Of a DNA stretch of 64,000 nt, positions 63,797-64,000 are shown piece after piece (positions within the stretch are counted from its first letter, which is position 1; the number at the start of each line of letters is the position of its first letter). The DNA comes from Ramazzottius varieornatus (lineage: Eukaryota; Animalia; Tardigrada): positions 6,423,591-6,487,590 of the forward strand of contig BDGG01000001.1 of the NCBI GenBank assembly GCA_001949185.1, written 5' to 3'. A program made the translations under genes and the position numbers. The notes under the pieces are model-generated. The model searched no databases. It saw nothing but the letters and a program-made list of their open reading frames with translations, and was not told the DNA's origin.

Positions 63797-64000
63797 GCAA
63801 GTTGTCAGATCAATACTCGATCCTAAAAGACAAGATTCCGTCAAACATAATCTCCCTAACTGCTGGACAAACGTTTTTTTCGTTCCAAGTGATAAAACTG
63901 TAAGCTCGACGCCTGAAAGTGTGCGGAACAGAATCAGCAGAAGAAACTTGCTATCGGGAAAAGGCCACCCATTAAAATTTACTCTTCTACCTGTGGCGTG

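Overview
This is compact, intron-containing animal genomic DNA with short GT-AG introns. A tardigrade-like invertebrate is plausible, but that is inference only. The left arm (1-26 kb) holds ordinary genes: an orphan class-A GPCR, Rab34/36, a small secreted precursor, DRC5/TCTE1, a mucin-CBM14 chitin-binding protein, a divergent Slo/BK-type K+ channel and a TPR-less KDM6 demethylase, interspersed with MITEs and one 50-N gap. The centre (~26.4-56.6 kb) is a nested transposon island built on a decayed Gypsy element. Its pol is split by a 10.5-kb CMC/EnSpm-like element carrying BEN-like and chromodomain genes, and that element's transposase is itself split by an intact DD35D pogo element. The Gypsy integrase end is followed by a Sola2-like element (A), into which a second, complete 6.3-kb Sola2-like element (B) has inserted. 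The strongest candidate for a new system is that A and B each carry, head-to-head with a BED-finger transposase, a homologous small secreted/single-pass membrane cargo gene with the same phase-0 intron; the cargo frames are open while both transposases are decayed. The right arm holds intronless ARFRP1, a CGGBP1-like (hAT-derived) double zinc-finger gene and a PLEKHG1/3-like RhoGEF. All family calls come from motif recognition by eye, without database searches.
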